Below, in pieces: positions 38,154 to 52,554 of a stretch of 64,000 nt of DNA. Origin of the DNA: Sphagnum compactum (taxonomy: Eukaryota). The position numbers and the translations under genes are program-made. The notes under the pieces were generated by a model. That model searched no databases. It worked only from the letters and a program-made list of their open reading frames with translations, and had not been told where the DNA came from. Location: contig OZ234493.1 of the NCBI GenBank assembly GCA_965153455.1, positions 23,674,213 through 23,738,212 of the forward strand. Direction: 5' to 3'. The first letter of the stretch is position 1, and each line of letters begins with the position of its first letter.

Positions 38154-41100
38154 CAATAGTGGACGGATATTGGATTTTGTCAATATCCACCAATTTTGAT
38201 TATGCAGTTCATTAATATTCGTTACTTTTAGTTTTTTTTTAAAAATCATTTAATATATCTTATAATTATATCAAAAACTTAAAAAATCTAATGTTGGATT
38301 TCAATATTTGAGATATCATGTAACATAACATTTATAAGATATCCAAACCTTTTGAAGAATAAAATATGACAATTTTAACCCAACAAATCATTAGTATAAA
38401 ATCACAAGTCCAAAATTTCATTTTTTTCAAATTCCCCCTCGTATTCCTCTTATTCTTTTTATAGGGCAACATCAAACTCAATCAATTCTATCAAAGTAGA
38501 AGGTGAAGTACAACGCACCTTAGGATCATTGGACCGATTTTTATTAACAAATATCAACTTATCCAAATTTTCTAATTGCAAGCGACATCTATTCAAATTT
38601 GTAAATGCTTTAACTAATGAAAATATCCTCTCAGTTTCTATCTAGGATCCCATAATGCCAAGAATTTAACAAGCAAATAATGTAATAATTGGAAACAAAG
38701 ACTCATGTTTCCCCACCCAAAGGACATTCATTAGTAGAAAAATTCATATTTGCAATTAAAATCCAATTGTAAATGACTCTTGTAACTCTTATTAGTTTCA
38801 TAAGTTTAGTCACATTCAACATGTAATTGCAAATACGATTTAAGCATGACATTAACACAATGCACATAGATGAAGTATATTAAAATCAACCATATACTTT
38901 GACCATTTTTTTTTGCAACTAATTATCACAATGTGTATCTCGTTAACCAATCACACCATGTCACGTGTCACAATTTTTGCATTTCAAAAAAATGAGAATT
39001 AAAAATAAATGTTTTAGGTTTCATCATCCATTATGGATGTTTTGATATTGATGCACATGGCCAAATCAAAAGTTGCCACATGGCACAATTTGTGCATTTA
39101 AAAATAAACAAAAGTAAATTTTTTTCACAATGATTATTCATTTAAAATGGTCTTATATTGTGACATGTGACACAATCAAAAATTGCTACATGACATAAAT
39201 TGCGCATTTCCAAAATAAGTAAAACTAAAAGTTTTACTTTAGTTTCATTATGATTGTGCATTTTAAATGGTCCTATATTGTGACATGTGACATAATCGGA
39301 AGTTGTCACATGGCATATGAATTGAATTTTGGAATTCTTTTGAAAATACTTACCTACTTACCTAGGCTACATACCTAATTACCTATCTACTTACATTAAA
39401 TACATAAGTAGTAGGAAGGTAAAGGTGAAGCTGAAGTAAAAAAGTAATCATGTAATTTTTTAAATATTTTTGATGTTTTGCTTTTAGGGCTAAGCTTTTT
39501 TGAGCTCATCTTAAATTGACACATTATGTTATTGTGAGAACACAAGAAAAAACACCTTCATATAGTTTGTGAGATGAGATTCAAGGACAAAACATGAGTA
39601 AAATCTTTTAGTTGCACTTTAATTACAAATTGGGTTACAACTAAAATAAGATTCTCCCACATGATTAGTGTTTTTGTTAATTTTGTAAATTACACAACTA
39701 GATAGGTAATTATTTGATAATTATACATATGAATTAATGATTTGAAATGAAGATTTAAATTTTTTATTTCAATTAATGAGTCTAACAAAAAGAATTAACT
39801 ATCAAAGTAATTAATATGAATTATTATCTGAAACTTTAATTATTTGACCTAATATCTGAATTGAACTGATTAATTCAGATTAATAGCTAATTATTCAGTC
39901 TAATAAATTAATTCATAGTAATTAGGTAAATTAATTTATATTATTAAATATTAAATATTAAATAAGGTTTATTTAACTAACTAAGATTATTTCATGTTTA
40001 TTTATTAATCAATCAATTAGTTAATGGTAATAATTCACCAATAATTAATGTTTGTTTATATGATGATTATATTTGTAATACCCTATTCACCAACTCCTCG
40101 GTTGGCTCATTACTCCCAACATACATTTCAAAAATATCAAGATTGGAATCTTCATCAATATGTTGTTTGCCACAAATCCAAATTTTGCCATAATGTGTAA
40201 GATTTGGTGACATTTCGAAAGCATTGGAAAAAATAATTGTTTATAATATTCTTTCAATCAATAACATATGAAACCAATTAGAGACTTTTAAATTTGGGCA
40301 TAACATCAAGGATAACATATTATAAATTTTATTTTCTTCAAATTTCCTTAAAAATGAAAGAAAACCATCTAAACCCCCAACTTCTTTTTTGATGTTAAAA
40401 ACAAGGAATGACATTTCAAAAGCAACAACAAATCATCATCCATCAAATTATCCATACTAGGTGAAGTTCTAGATTCTTTTCTAAAATTTAAGGTCATGGT
40501 AATTACTACATGCAATGCATAAAAAAACAACCAATGATTACAAAATCGGTTCAACACATAAGCACTCACAATTGGAAAGAGAACATTAACAATGATTTGA
40601 AATATTTGTCAAATTAAAGGTGGAGTGGAGGACCACGACCAATAATCTTCATTATTATTTGTCGATTATAATCAAAGTCAATTGCTACCCTAAATTAGAA
40701 TATTACTTCTTGGAATAATATGATTTTGCTCACAAACTTGCATAAACACATAAAAAATCAACAACAAAATCTAGAAATTCCAAAATTGAAAAACCCTGTA
40801 GAAATATATAAAACCCAAAAAAATTGTAAAAACAACATTGACTTAATTTCACTAGAGTGTTCAATTTTCTTCTAGTCTTCTACTAGCTTCAACATAAGCC
40901 TTGTTCCATTCCTATTAACCTTTGCCAAATTGCTTTGCCCAAGTGATGCATTTTTATAAATCTTTATGGGTAGATTTTATAAATACATATTTGAGGCCTT
41001 TGCAAACTTTTTCATCAATGGTAACATATTGGCAAGCTTTGGAAAAAACACACTTGAAACAAGTCCTTTGAAAGTTCTTTTCAAATTTCAAGCTTCACAT

Positions 41101-43442
41101 TTCACAATAGATTTTAGTGCACTTGTCAATGTGTTCAAATTAGAACCCTTATATTTGACATACACTATTATCCTATTCCTCAAGCCATATATATCTAGAA
41201 GATCAATTATGTTTGTTACCAATTCTTGTCTTGTAGTGTGAACAACTTCAGATAGATCAAGAGTTACATGCTTTGGCCTCCAATCAAATCCAAAAAATAT
41301 ATAACCAAAGCAAACACATAATGTGCACCCTTGGACATCTAGAGATTAAAGTTGGCAATAATACAATAACAATTCTTTTATAACATGCTTGCATAACATA
41401 TTCATGTTTAGTTTTTTCCATTAAGTTAAGTAGAACATCATGTGAAAAAATATTTCTTGAAGGAACTTGAACATGAGGACACAAATGAAATACCATATGC
41501 ATTAACCATATACTCTCCACAAACTTTAAAAGCAAGTGGTTTTTCACCATCAAAAGTGCAAGGTCTTCCACAAACATTTTTTATTCTACAACATCCTTTT
41601 TGAAAAGTTTTTTTGAAGCAAAAAAATTAGAAATGGAAGAACTAAAGGCATTTGCTCTTTTTTTTGTAGGTTGCTTTTCCAAATTTCCTTTCACTAAACT
41701 ATTGACCTCTTCAATGTTCTTGAAAATTATTGAATGATCTACATAAACATGGTTTTTCAAACATGTTATTCCCCTTGTCTTATAATATAATATTAGACCT
41801 TTCATATAATAAAGATTTAAAAAAAGAATAAATTTGGAATAACACAATATACAATACATGATATGAGGGGCTTCAAGTGAGACTTTTGCATTGCCGTTAA
41901 CACAATAGAAAAACCAATATAAAACATTCCTATTATGTGGTTGCCATTTTCTTCTTTGAAGATGCAATTGTTCCAAAATTTGATTAGTTTTTTGTCTTTA
42001 GTTTGCAATCTTTTTTCATTTACTCCTAGAATTCTAGTAGACTCAATTTGTGAACTTGGGTTCTATTCCATTCCTTGCACTTTTTCTTCAATTTTAGTTT
42101 CACTTATAAATAATATTGTTTTTTCATTTTGCATTCCTTGATTTTCATTTTCACTCAATCCTTCCAGTTTTCATGCAAGTGCTTTGCAAAGCCAATGGTG
42201 GAAAAATTCAAGCAAACAAATGTCATACAAAATTACCAAAGATATTACTACTATTATGCACACTTAAAAACAAATGAAGCAAAAATTCATTAGCAAAATA
42301 ATCTATTGAAAACATATAAGCGATGTGGGTTTAAGGTTTAAGGTTTATTGTGATTTGCAATGTAATTTTAGTGCAATGTATAATGTAGTTTTTAAAAAAA
42401 AAATGTTATATAGTAAGCCCTACACAACAACCACAAAATTATATATATATATAATGAAAAAAAGGAAATCGAGAAAAAACACGTAATTTTTTATTAAAAA
42501 ATGAACATAGAAACAAGAAAAAAACCATAGGAAAGGGCAAAAAAAGGAAGGAAATTGAACAAAAAATAGAAAAAAAAAAAAACAGAAAACAAATCACAAA
42601 AACAAGGAAACAAAACACATAAAACAAAAGAAAAAAAAGAGAAAAAACACAGAAACAAAACTAAAATATAAATAATGACAAAAGAAACAACAAACAAAGG
42701 AAAGTGAAACAAAACACATACAAAAGCAAGAAAAAGAAGGAAAAAAAATGAAAAAAATGAAAAAATTACCCTGCTACTGCCAAGAAACTCGCCATTCAGC
42801 TCCTCCTCACCTGATCCATGTAACTGTTCATTATCACATACAATATGCAACCCAGTACATGCAAGAATAGAATAATGGAGTTGTTGTTCAGTTGTACCAT
42901 TAGAAAGGGCACATGTATGGCCAAAGAGTGAAGCAACAATGGAAAGAAGAATACAGACCAGCAGCCGTGGGAGAGAAGGAAGAGCATGGTGGGAAAGAAG
43001 AAGAAAAAAAGAAAAGCAAAAAATTGCAAAATAACATAGTGGGGCCCACATTGGAGCTCAGGCCCCTTTTGCAACCCTTTGGATTTAGGGTTGGAGGCGG
43101 TGGCCACCTCCAAAACACAGTTTGTCTTTTTTTTTCCTTCTCAAATTGAAGCCCTAGCCCTCCAAACCCGGTTTTCATTTTTTTTTCTCAAACTAATGTC
43201 TTAGCTCCTAGCCCTATCCTGAGTTGTCATATCCAAATCCGAGCAAGAATTTGATATCCTGCCTAAACTTAAAAATTTTAATTAAAAAAATTGATTCAAG
43301 ATATTTACTGAATGTGAATGGATATCATATTGCTGAGATCTGAGGATCCGGATATCATTTTGAATATCATTTTTTTGATGTCATAAGAGTTTTAAAGATG
43401 ATATCCGAGATGAAATCTGGGTCTGATACCCACCCAACCCTC
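38154..43442 (-). mobile_element. hAT DNA transposon with decayed BED-finger transposase
   Basis: 8-bp TSD ATATTAAC (38146-38153)/GTATTAAC (43443-43450). Degenerate TIRs caatagtggacggatattgg / (rc) gagggttgggtgggtatcag, with subterminal GATATC repeats. zf-BED-like WFFYC..CILC..TCLKNHVYVDH (41581-41976); dimerisation domain KHESLFP..GS*IETERIFS..LENLDKLIFVNKN (38530-38715). Confidence 0.88.
38718..39676. mobile_element. Probable TIR element nested in the hAT transposase
   Basis: Interrupts the transposase; weak ~55 bp terminal inverted similarity; internal ~120 bp repeats (atattgtgacatgtgacacaatc); followed by an AATT-rich tract to ~40080. Confidence 0.45.
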
Positions 43443-46400
43443 GTATTAACCATACCTGCTCAACTGCTGATTTTTATCTCTCACTTCAGCAAAGGTGTAC
43501 CAGTTAAGCTGTGGTTCTAGTACTTTTGGACAATTACTGTGTGCATGATAGCCCATTGCATTACCCAAGACTCTAACCCCCTCTGCCCCCGGCCCCTCCC
43601 CTCCCCTCCCCTCCCTCCCCTCCGGCACAAGCTGCATTACTAGTTGGAGCAAATTTCGGCTGTTCCTGCTTGCATGCCATCGAATCCCAGGTCAATGCAA
43701 TCCCATGCTGTGGGGGAACACTAACATGTCACAAGTATTGTATGAGTTCAAGTGTACTGAGGCACGTTTAGTGACCATGTATGAAAAATATCATGCGCAG
43801 GCCGACAAACTCTGACAGTTTGAGAACTGATATGCAAACTTGAAAGTTGAAGGGTACAGTAACACCATATTGACTTGGAAATGACATTGTCTCAATTCAA
43901 GGCCAAACCCAATGGCACTCATTCGTCTCTTGCATTATAGATCTCCCTACAGAAAAAAGCATTACAAAAGTCACATGAAGTAGGGCACAATTTACCCGTG
44001 ATCCTGCACATTTTGCAAGATAGAAAGCCCTTTCTAGTTGATGCAATTGTTCATTGGTCAACAGACCTCTCTGCTCAGCTGCATCGGAGCATGCCATCAG
44101 AATTGGGGAATGGAGGCCCAAAGATTGGCCGTGGTTTTGCAGTGTTGAAGTTCCAAGGAACAATATTGGTACATCTACTGAGTGTCCCCTGGTCAGGTTT
44201 AGTGTTCATTGAGGGGAACATTCGTATAAGTACAATATAGATAGTCAAACATTGGGAAACCTCATTGCACCCCTGTCTGGAAGTCATCCACTAACATTAT
44301 TTGCACTTTTGCATGGAACTAATACCAAGACTGCACAATTGGTCTGCTAGTTTGATGGTAGTTGTAGGCAGGCTCTGCCCAGAGCCAAGAGAATTCACTT
44401 CTGTTTAGGATTTAATACAATTTTGCCTCCTACAAACAAGGGGGTGAGCTCTGCCTGAAGAGACTTTGCATCCTTTTATGACTTGATACAATTTTGCCTT
44501 GAAAAAACAAGTGGGCCAATTCTTAGGTGATAGCCCAAAACCTAGCTTTTTTCTTTTGGCTACATCACGAAAGAAAGGCAGCCAAAAGAAACCCTTAAAA
44601 AAAACCCTACTTCAGCCTTGGGGGATGCTTATTTTGGGGATGCCCCTGCCCTGAGGCTTTAGCCTACACATAAAGAACCAGTAGAAAATTTTCCGGTGTA
44701 TTTGGGGGGGAACATTACCTCAGTAGAACTTCTGCCTATAGAGGATGGCACCTTATGCATAATGTACTGTGAGGAACCTTATTCTAAGGTGTCATCTTTC
44801 TTCCCAAATAAAATCGAGCCGTCCATTTAGAAGAACAAAATGATACCGATTCTTTAAGCCAGGTAAGGACTAAGGACCTCAGACCTCATGCTGGCCTGCA
44901 TTCCCAGAATGGCCTCATTCTTGGTCCTTCTTGGTCCTTACTGAAACAAAACAAGCACATAATTTACATGCATCAACAATTTGGTAACCAACAATTTGGG
45001 CCTGATCTTGTATTTTGTATTGGCGCCCAACGTGTCCCTTGCCAGCAGGGACAGGGTGAGCACTATCTCCCAGTAAAAAGGCTCAAAGAATATGTCACCT
45101 TTGCATAATTCATCCATGGAAGCATTCCCCTTGGCTGAATCAAAAGGGCTCATTTGGTCCTTTTATATGGGAAGCTACATCTGATATTTGCTGACAATTT
45201 TAGGAACTAGGTATGAATGTTCAAGTTCACTATTAGGAGGGGCCAATTGCAGGACTAATTACTGAAATTCCAGGTTTTATGTTCACCGACTATTATGGAC
45301 TAGGTGATTAGTGAGAGGCTGCCAGTTGCCAGAAATATCTGAGGCACTCCAATAACCGACCATAATGAGGACCTTGATGCCCTCTTTTCATCCACAAAAG
45401 AGAGTGGCTTTGATGTTTACATTCAAGAAGTGAAAGGTTATGGAATCATTGGGCCGATGATTCCATAACCTGGCCCAATGAGAGCCAATGATGGTACCTT
45501 TTGCTAACTAGTAGGCTGGAAATGGAACTCAAGTAAAATTTTATGGGTTCTATCTTACGATCTGATAGCCAATCAGAGCAAGATTCTCATTACAATGAAC
45601 AAGATTAAATTACATGCCAATTTACAGTAACTTATGATATCCATTATAGGCTTAATTAATAAAAATGAAGATTTTTCTCAAACACAATAACATTAGATTG
45701 TGAATGTCCTTTCTTATGCCTTTCTGTAAGACTTAAAGCACCCACATGAACAATTCAAAATGATTGTGCATTAGGTCAAAATCCCATAAGGTTGTATGAT
45801 TCACAGATCATACAACATTTGAGCAGGAATGTAATACATAATACTTTACACCTATCAGTTCTTGATTGTGAGATAGAATGGACCTTAGAAAATGGCACCA
45901 CAGCTTTTAATTTCAGAATTGCATAGTATTGAAAGAGGGTATCTCCATGTCAACTAAAGATGTCCGCCCAGGTTTGTGAACTAGTAAAAGAACCAAGACT
46001 GAACTGGGTGTTAAGGTCCAATCATTAACTTCACATCAAAATTCTGAAAGAAGAGAGAAACATTGTGCATTCAAAAGGAATGTTGAAAAACAGGGCAAAG
46101 ATGCCAAACAAGAAGAATCCTGATTTTAAGAAACATGGTATCTCTCTGTGTTATTGGGAGCTTACCTTGATGCTCTTGGCATGCCAAGAAAGTGCCACAA
46201 ACATCTACAATCATTCAATCCACAAAATTTACAGTAAATTCTCTTTCAAAGGGACTACAATCCTCATTGCCCAACCCAACCTAGCATTCCCAACATTCCC
46301 AACATCCCCTTACATACCCTTGCATTCCATTGTTCCATTTATTACCAACTGGTCCCACATTTCTTAACATCATGTTTGACCATGTTCTAATGTTGCTTTG

Positions 46401-46671
46401 CTATTGTGGAGTTTCCTTTGCAATCTCATATCTAGTGATACAAACAATAGGAGAAACTTGAGCCTTGTGAAGGTAAAAATGAAACCTACATACATATACA
46501 TATATTTACAATCTGAAACTTAAAATAAAGTTTGCAAATTGAGTAAAAACCAACCTGTTTGGTTGCACTCAGTTGTAGAAGAGTTTGAGTTGTGAAGTAG
46601 GTTGTACAGAGATACTACAGTATTGCGACATACCAACATTATAGCTTCCCTGGGGAATACCTGCTATACTT

Positions 46672-49600
46672 TCATGTCTCTTCTGCTGGTGCTTCTTCAC
46701 CAGCAGCAGCTGCAGCCTCAGCAGCAGCCTCAGCAGCAGCAGCATCAGCAGCATCTGCTGCTTCCTTTGCTGCTAGCTCAGCTGCAGCAATATCAGCAAG
46801 CCTCTTCTCCTCTGTTTCTTCTGCAGCCTTTGCCTTAGCAAGCCTTATTTCCTCATCCGCAACCATTTTTGTTAGTTTCTCGGTTGCCAGCTGTGTTTCA
46901 ACCTCGCATATAATCTTTGCAAGCTCGTTTTCTGCAAACTCCTGCAGATGTTTTGTATGAAAAATGGTCTTTAATGCCAAGCTCAAGGGAGTTCACATCA
47001 CAATATTGGCAGGTATTTCTGGTTAAATCTCTTTTGCATGTGTAGCTTCCAAAGCAGGGCCATTGGTGTTGTCACGTTCTGTGCCTACGCATGATAAACA
47101 AAGCTGCTCTTTCTAGGAGCAGTTGTGAAATTATGTGCACAAGAAAGTACTTTACCTTGGAAATCTCTGTAAATTTAGCTTTGATTTTGTGGTATGTGAC
47201 TCCTGCAGCTGTAACTTTCTTACAAGCTAACATCCATTGTTGTAACAGCTGCAGCAATGTCCACCCCAAAATTCAATCAAATCTACCATACAGCCTAACT
47301 GATTTCTGAATTAAAACAGTCATGAACAGACATCAGCAAATCATGACACTGAATGTCTGGTCATTCATGCCTTCCCTCCTGGAAGTATCATAACACTGAA
47401 ATGTCATCTTCTGGAGACTTACAAAACCAATTGGGGCTTGTTCTGCCAGCTTTGCTTCCTTGATTCCCTGAAACAAATCACCATCAAAAACATCATTATC
47501 TCAAATCCAGCAACTACACTAGTTCTACCTATTGGGGACTTACAATCAAGTTTTGAGCTATGTGCCGAAGGAAAACAAGGAGGAAGATACTTACAGCAAG
47601 GTATGAGTCAGCAGACTTCCACATGAGTGGGTCAGGTGCCTTGAGTGGATCATACTCTTTCAGCACCTGCACATTTAAATTGTGAATTTGCAAGTTCTGT
47701 TGCACATTGATCATTGAAATCAAGGTTAACTCATCAAGAGGTCCATCTAAATTCCGTGAATGTAAAGCAAGGAGCTTACTATGCTGATCAAGTCTTGATT
47801 GAAGAGTTTTCGAGCCGAAATCCAGTCGTCAATAGCTAACTTATTGTGACCAAGAAGGTAAAGCATTGCCTGAACAAAGCAATAGCTCTCACTTTGAATA
47901 TCCAATGTACTATCCAAGAAGTCTTATTAACATGTTGCAATGAGCAAAAAGACCAGTTCAAAAGCATCATATATATCCCATTCTGCAATCTGTACTCATT
48001 TGCGATGAAGTAAGATCACAAGAACAAAAATAGTGGATCTTGCAAAAGTTGGAGTGAAATTCTTGCCTTGAGAACACGATGTACATGTCTATTTGGGTAG
48101 GGCCAACGCTTAATACGTTTAAGTTCTGCATCCTGGCATAAGATCCCACAATTTGATCATTCAGGAGTCAGATGCTTGACAAACTTGACAACTTGAATTA
48201 ACAAACCAGTAGTGGTACCATTGATTTTCATGTCTGTAGACAGAGCTCTGACAAAGTAATATTTGTGGACTGCTACACAATGAGAATGAGAGGGACTAAA
48301 TCAAAGTTTGAACCAGATCTCTATACAGGCTTAGTACCTTGTTTTCCACAAGAAGGGAGTAAACATTGCCCAGCAATAGCTTCAAGTACTTCACAACCCC
48401 ATCTGCTATTTGCAATGCTTTCTCGTATTTTTCGGCCTCTTTGCCCACCTTCTCTAAGTCCAATGTGGTTTTCATTTTCACCTTGTCAAACCCTTTCAGC
48501 AACTTTTTCAAGTCTTTTATCTGCTTCTTCGTCTCCTTTGCTTTCTTTGCATTCTCAGCTTTCTTTTCCTTTAGTTTTCTTACATCCTCGGACTCCACTG
48601 CTTTCTCTGCTCCTTCCTCTGTTACCCCTGCTTCCCCAGACTCTACAGCTCCCTCTTCTTCCTCTGGAGGTTCAGGCTCCTCTTCCTCCTCTGGTTCTTC
48701 CTCCTCCAGTTCTTCCTCTTCTGGTTCCCCTGCTTCCTCCTCCTCCTCCTCCTCTTCTCCTTCTCCTTCTCCTTTTAGCTTTTCTATGCCTTCCAAAGGA
48801 TTTGGTTCAAGCTCTGCATCATCAATTCCAGGATCTACAGGCTTTTCTTCCACTTCCCCATCCTCATCTCCCTCTCCAGCCTCCCCTCCTGCCTCGTCTG
48901 CTGATGCCTCTTCCTCATCCCCTTCTTCCTCTGGGGGCTCTTCTTCAGGCACAGGTTCTGGATCCTCCTCTTCCTCTTCTGCCTCCTCCTCCTGTGTCCA
49001 TAGCAAGAGAGATTTCTATTGATTATTGTAGGCAATATATTTTCACCTCAAATGCAGTAAGACACCACTGCTTTCTGTGGGGACCCATTGGAGACAACAG
49101 CACTGGAGCAGACTGAAATCAAGGTCATCAAGTTTGGAGATTGTTTGTAATGACTAATTCTCACCAAGGCCTGTTATGTCCTATGATTATTAAACGTTAC
49201 TTGCTCAAGTCAATGTTATAGCCAATGCATAATTCTTCTATGCCCCTCATAAGTTGTTTAGCTTACCTCGACCTCCTCCCCAGCTTTTTTCTTAGCTTTC
49301 ATTTCTTCATCTTTTTTCTTCTTAGCTTCAGCCTTTGCAGTTTGTTGTTCTGTCCATGCTTTATGTGCCTCTTCAAACCGTTTCCTCCTACCCTCTTTCT
49401 CTTTTGCCTTCTTGGCTGCTATAGCATCAGCTTTTTCTTGATCCAGTTGTGCCTTTCTGGCTACCTTTATCTCCTTGAGCTTCTCCTTGTACTTTTCAAT
49501 TACAGTCCCCACATTTTGGTCTTTTGAAATTTCTTTGTTGTTCATGTCCAGAGCAGTACTCACTGCAGCTCCACAAGCAGCTATGAACTCTGTCTCTATT

Positions 49601-51609
49601 GGCTCAAATGCCTTACCAGTCCCAACGTGCTCTGTTTTTAGTGTATCAACACACAGAAGTGCAATTACCTGCTTTCTGCAACCATAGATCAGACCCATAC
49701 AATACTGGATCACTCTTGCAATATCTTTTGTGAAGACCAACAAATTGATCCTGATTTGTCAACTTGGAAAAAAAATACAAAAATCCAGTCAATCTGTAGG
49801 GTGGTACATACTGGCGCACTTGCGCAAACCATTCTGGTGGCCTATCTTTGAATTCTTCCTTCAGATACTTCTTTGCAGTGAACTCAACTGTGATTGGCAC
49901 TACAAAGTAGGCCCCAACTCTTGGGATTCCTCCAAAGAAATGAACACCTGTGTTATTTCCAATCAACAGGCCTGAAACATGAGAAGCTTTATCATTTGAG
50001 TCACTGATAACCTGCAAATTCACAAATTGACCATTTCTGTCATCTGCCTTCAAGTCTTGAACTGGGTCAATTTCAAGGTCAATTTGTCAAGCTCTTGTAG
50101 AAGATGTTCAGATGTGGTACCTTCTTTGTACAATACATTTGGGATGTGGAGCTCTGGAAGCCCTTCAAGAAGAACAGCGAATGTCACAGGTCCCTGTTTC
50201 CCCCACCAAACATGAAAGCCTTCCATATCCTTGAGTACTTGTCTCCTACTTTCTGGAAAATGGCATCCAGGAACTGAGATTGTTTTGCTTGTAGACAGAT
50301 AAAAGAGGACATTCTTCAACAAGGTCCTTGTTCATCAACATCTAGAGGTTTATTACTTGTGCTCTCAATGTTTGATCTCAATGGTCTGAGAGCATGATCC
50401 AATACCTGAGTGCTTTTGTGCAGAAAAACACAGGTGACACACTCCGTTTACCTTCTTGATGTCAAGCTGTCTATTGAGCATATGTGTGTTGGCTGGTCTT
50501 GTAGCTGCAACATAGAGTAGTTTCTTTCTCTTGTAATTCAAGGGTTTTGGTGCTTTTGGAGGTTTAGGAGGCTTGGGAGCTGCATCTTCTGTAGATTCCC
50601 CCTTGGGTTTCTTATCTTTTCCCTCTTTGCCTTCTTCTTCGCCTTCTTCCTCTTCCTCTTCAGGCTCAGGCTCCTGCTCTCCCTCTTCTTCTCCTTCAGC
50701 ATCCTCTTCTGGTTCATCCTTCTCCTCAACATCTTCATCATTATCCACACTGGAATCATCTGATCCCAATACTTTGTCTTCGCCTTCTTCTCCTTCCTCA
50801 TCTTCTTCCTGGGCTGGCTCTGTACGTCAATTTGTTTTTGCAAAATCAAGGCATTGAAGAGCATCGATGTCCTGCAACATTAACCTTATACGTCCTGCAA
50901 TAATAGTAGCATTCTGGAGCAAAGTTCCAAACAAAACGGTAGACCAGATCCTTGAGAAAATGGGAAAGCCAAAGTACATTTTTCTCGTTACCTTCTTCCT
51001 CTTCACCTTCCTCTCCCTCCTCCTCACCCTCTGCCTTCTTCTTTTCTGGCTTTGGTTCCCATATCTTGTTGATTACTACAGCCACATAAGCTGCCTCACT
51101 GCCTAAAACATAGTGCCACAGAAGAAGACTGTGTGATCAGCAAAACACTCTCCAACAAACATCGAGGATCATCCTTTCTCTCAAACCACTGAAAAGAGAA
51201 ATGGTCTTGATGCGAGAATCGAGTCTGACAACGCTTCGCAAGCCTACTTACCTGTGAAAGCGCAAACGGATTTCAAACAAGTGTCCCACAACAAGTATGG
51301 ATCGTCAGTGATAGTCTTCATGTGGTTCACGCACGCCTGCTGCTCGGTCCGCCACAATGCATCGGCATTGGCCTTCCGATTTAGTTCATACTCTCGTTCA
51401 TTCTCCTTGTTGAACTTGCGGGCCTTCTCGCGGGCATTTTCCTTTAGAATGCAGGCATTGTCGCAATGTTTGTGCAGCCACTCGCTCAAAAACTCCACAG
51501 GGTCCATGGGTCTTGCGAGCGTTACTGCAGCACAAGCTTGCACCAGTACTTTGCCCACAAGCTTGTCCACATATGCAGCATCGTCTGCTTCCCCAAATTT
51601 GTTTCCCAT
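46672..51609 (-). CDS. RSP2: Flagellar radial spoke protein 2 orthologue (Dpy-30 motif, GAF-like domain, Glu-rich linkers), 13 exons
   Basis: Exons 51609-51252, 51102-50992, 50819-50452, 50193-50121, 49947-49820, 49668-49267, 48991-48338, 48132-48067, 47869-47780, 47666-47595, 47467-47423, 47248-47156, 46941-46672 splice in frame. DAAYVDKLVGKVLVQACAAVTLARPMDPVEFLSEWL is a Dpy-30 motif. PLNYKRKKLLYVAA, TFAVLLEGLPELHIPNV, VHFFGGIPRVGAY and ALLCVDTL match, in order, segments I recall from Chlamydomonas RSP2. Confidence 0.88.
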
Positions 51610-52554
51610 GATTCTCTCCCACTTTGAAATCAGAAAAGTCAAGCTCTTTCCTCTCTTTTCCTCATGCTTGTCTTTGTAGCGGAATGATCGTCGTCATTTT
51701 GACAAAACGAGGAGGATTAAAGGAAACTACAAGTGTGAGTGTGTCGGGCGGGGGGGTGCTCCGCCACGACCCATGCAAGTCGTCGATGGGAAAGCACGAA
51801 CTTCACGGTTTCAAATCCAGCCAATTCGCCATAGAAACGACCATAAGTCATGACCATCTCGGCGAATTGATCCTAGTTGCAATCAGGCGTCACAAATCTA
51901 TCCGTCTTGAGCAGGCACATTGTTGTCAAAATTCCATCTTTGTGTGCTTGTGTGTAGAGTAGTCTGCAAATTGTGGAAGAGGGCGTGCGACCGAGGGAGC
52001 TTGCCAACGCTGCGAAAGCTCACGATGCTTTGGGGTTTGTTGTTGCTATTTGCTTACCTACAGCGCATTCTAGACACATTCGAGCAATTTTGGGGCATTG
52101 TTGATTGAGCAGAAAGGGAACATGGCTAAAGACGCACGGAGATGCGCGTCGTTGTGAATTCAGGTCGGTAGAGGAGCTCTAACCGCAAGTCTTGTGAACT
52201 TGCGACTTTGTGACCACAAATGAGTAGGTACTAGGAACCTGAACAATATGGAGAAGTTGTCCTGTTGAGAAAGAGGTTAATTAGGGTTAGGGGTTGGATG
52301 TGACACTTGGGAGTATAATGGGAGCTTTTGGACTGAAAAGGTGTTCTCTTTATGAAAGAAAGTGATTTTCATACATCTTCATAACATGAAGGAAAGTGAT
52401 TTTCAGGACACTGCGTGAAATAGGCCAGTATATGAGACATAACATCTTCTTCCTCATCCATTATGCCGTTCTAAAAATCATAACACAACAATATCTTATG
52501 TCGTTTTACATTATTTCTCATATGTTTATTCCCCTATATCATGAACATATTCTA

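Noticed and set aside
42439-43178. Phe-rich 'membrane protein' ORFs
   Set aside because: Arise from an A-rich low-complexity tract in the hAT subterminal region.
48265-49116. Long plus-strand Leu/Pro- and Ser-rich ORFs (283 aa, 218 aa)
   Set aside because: Antisense shadows of the Glu-rich RSP2 exon 7.
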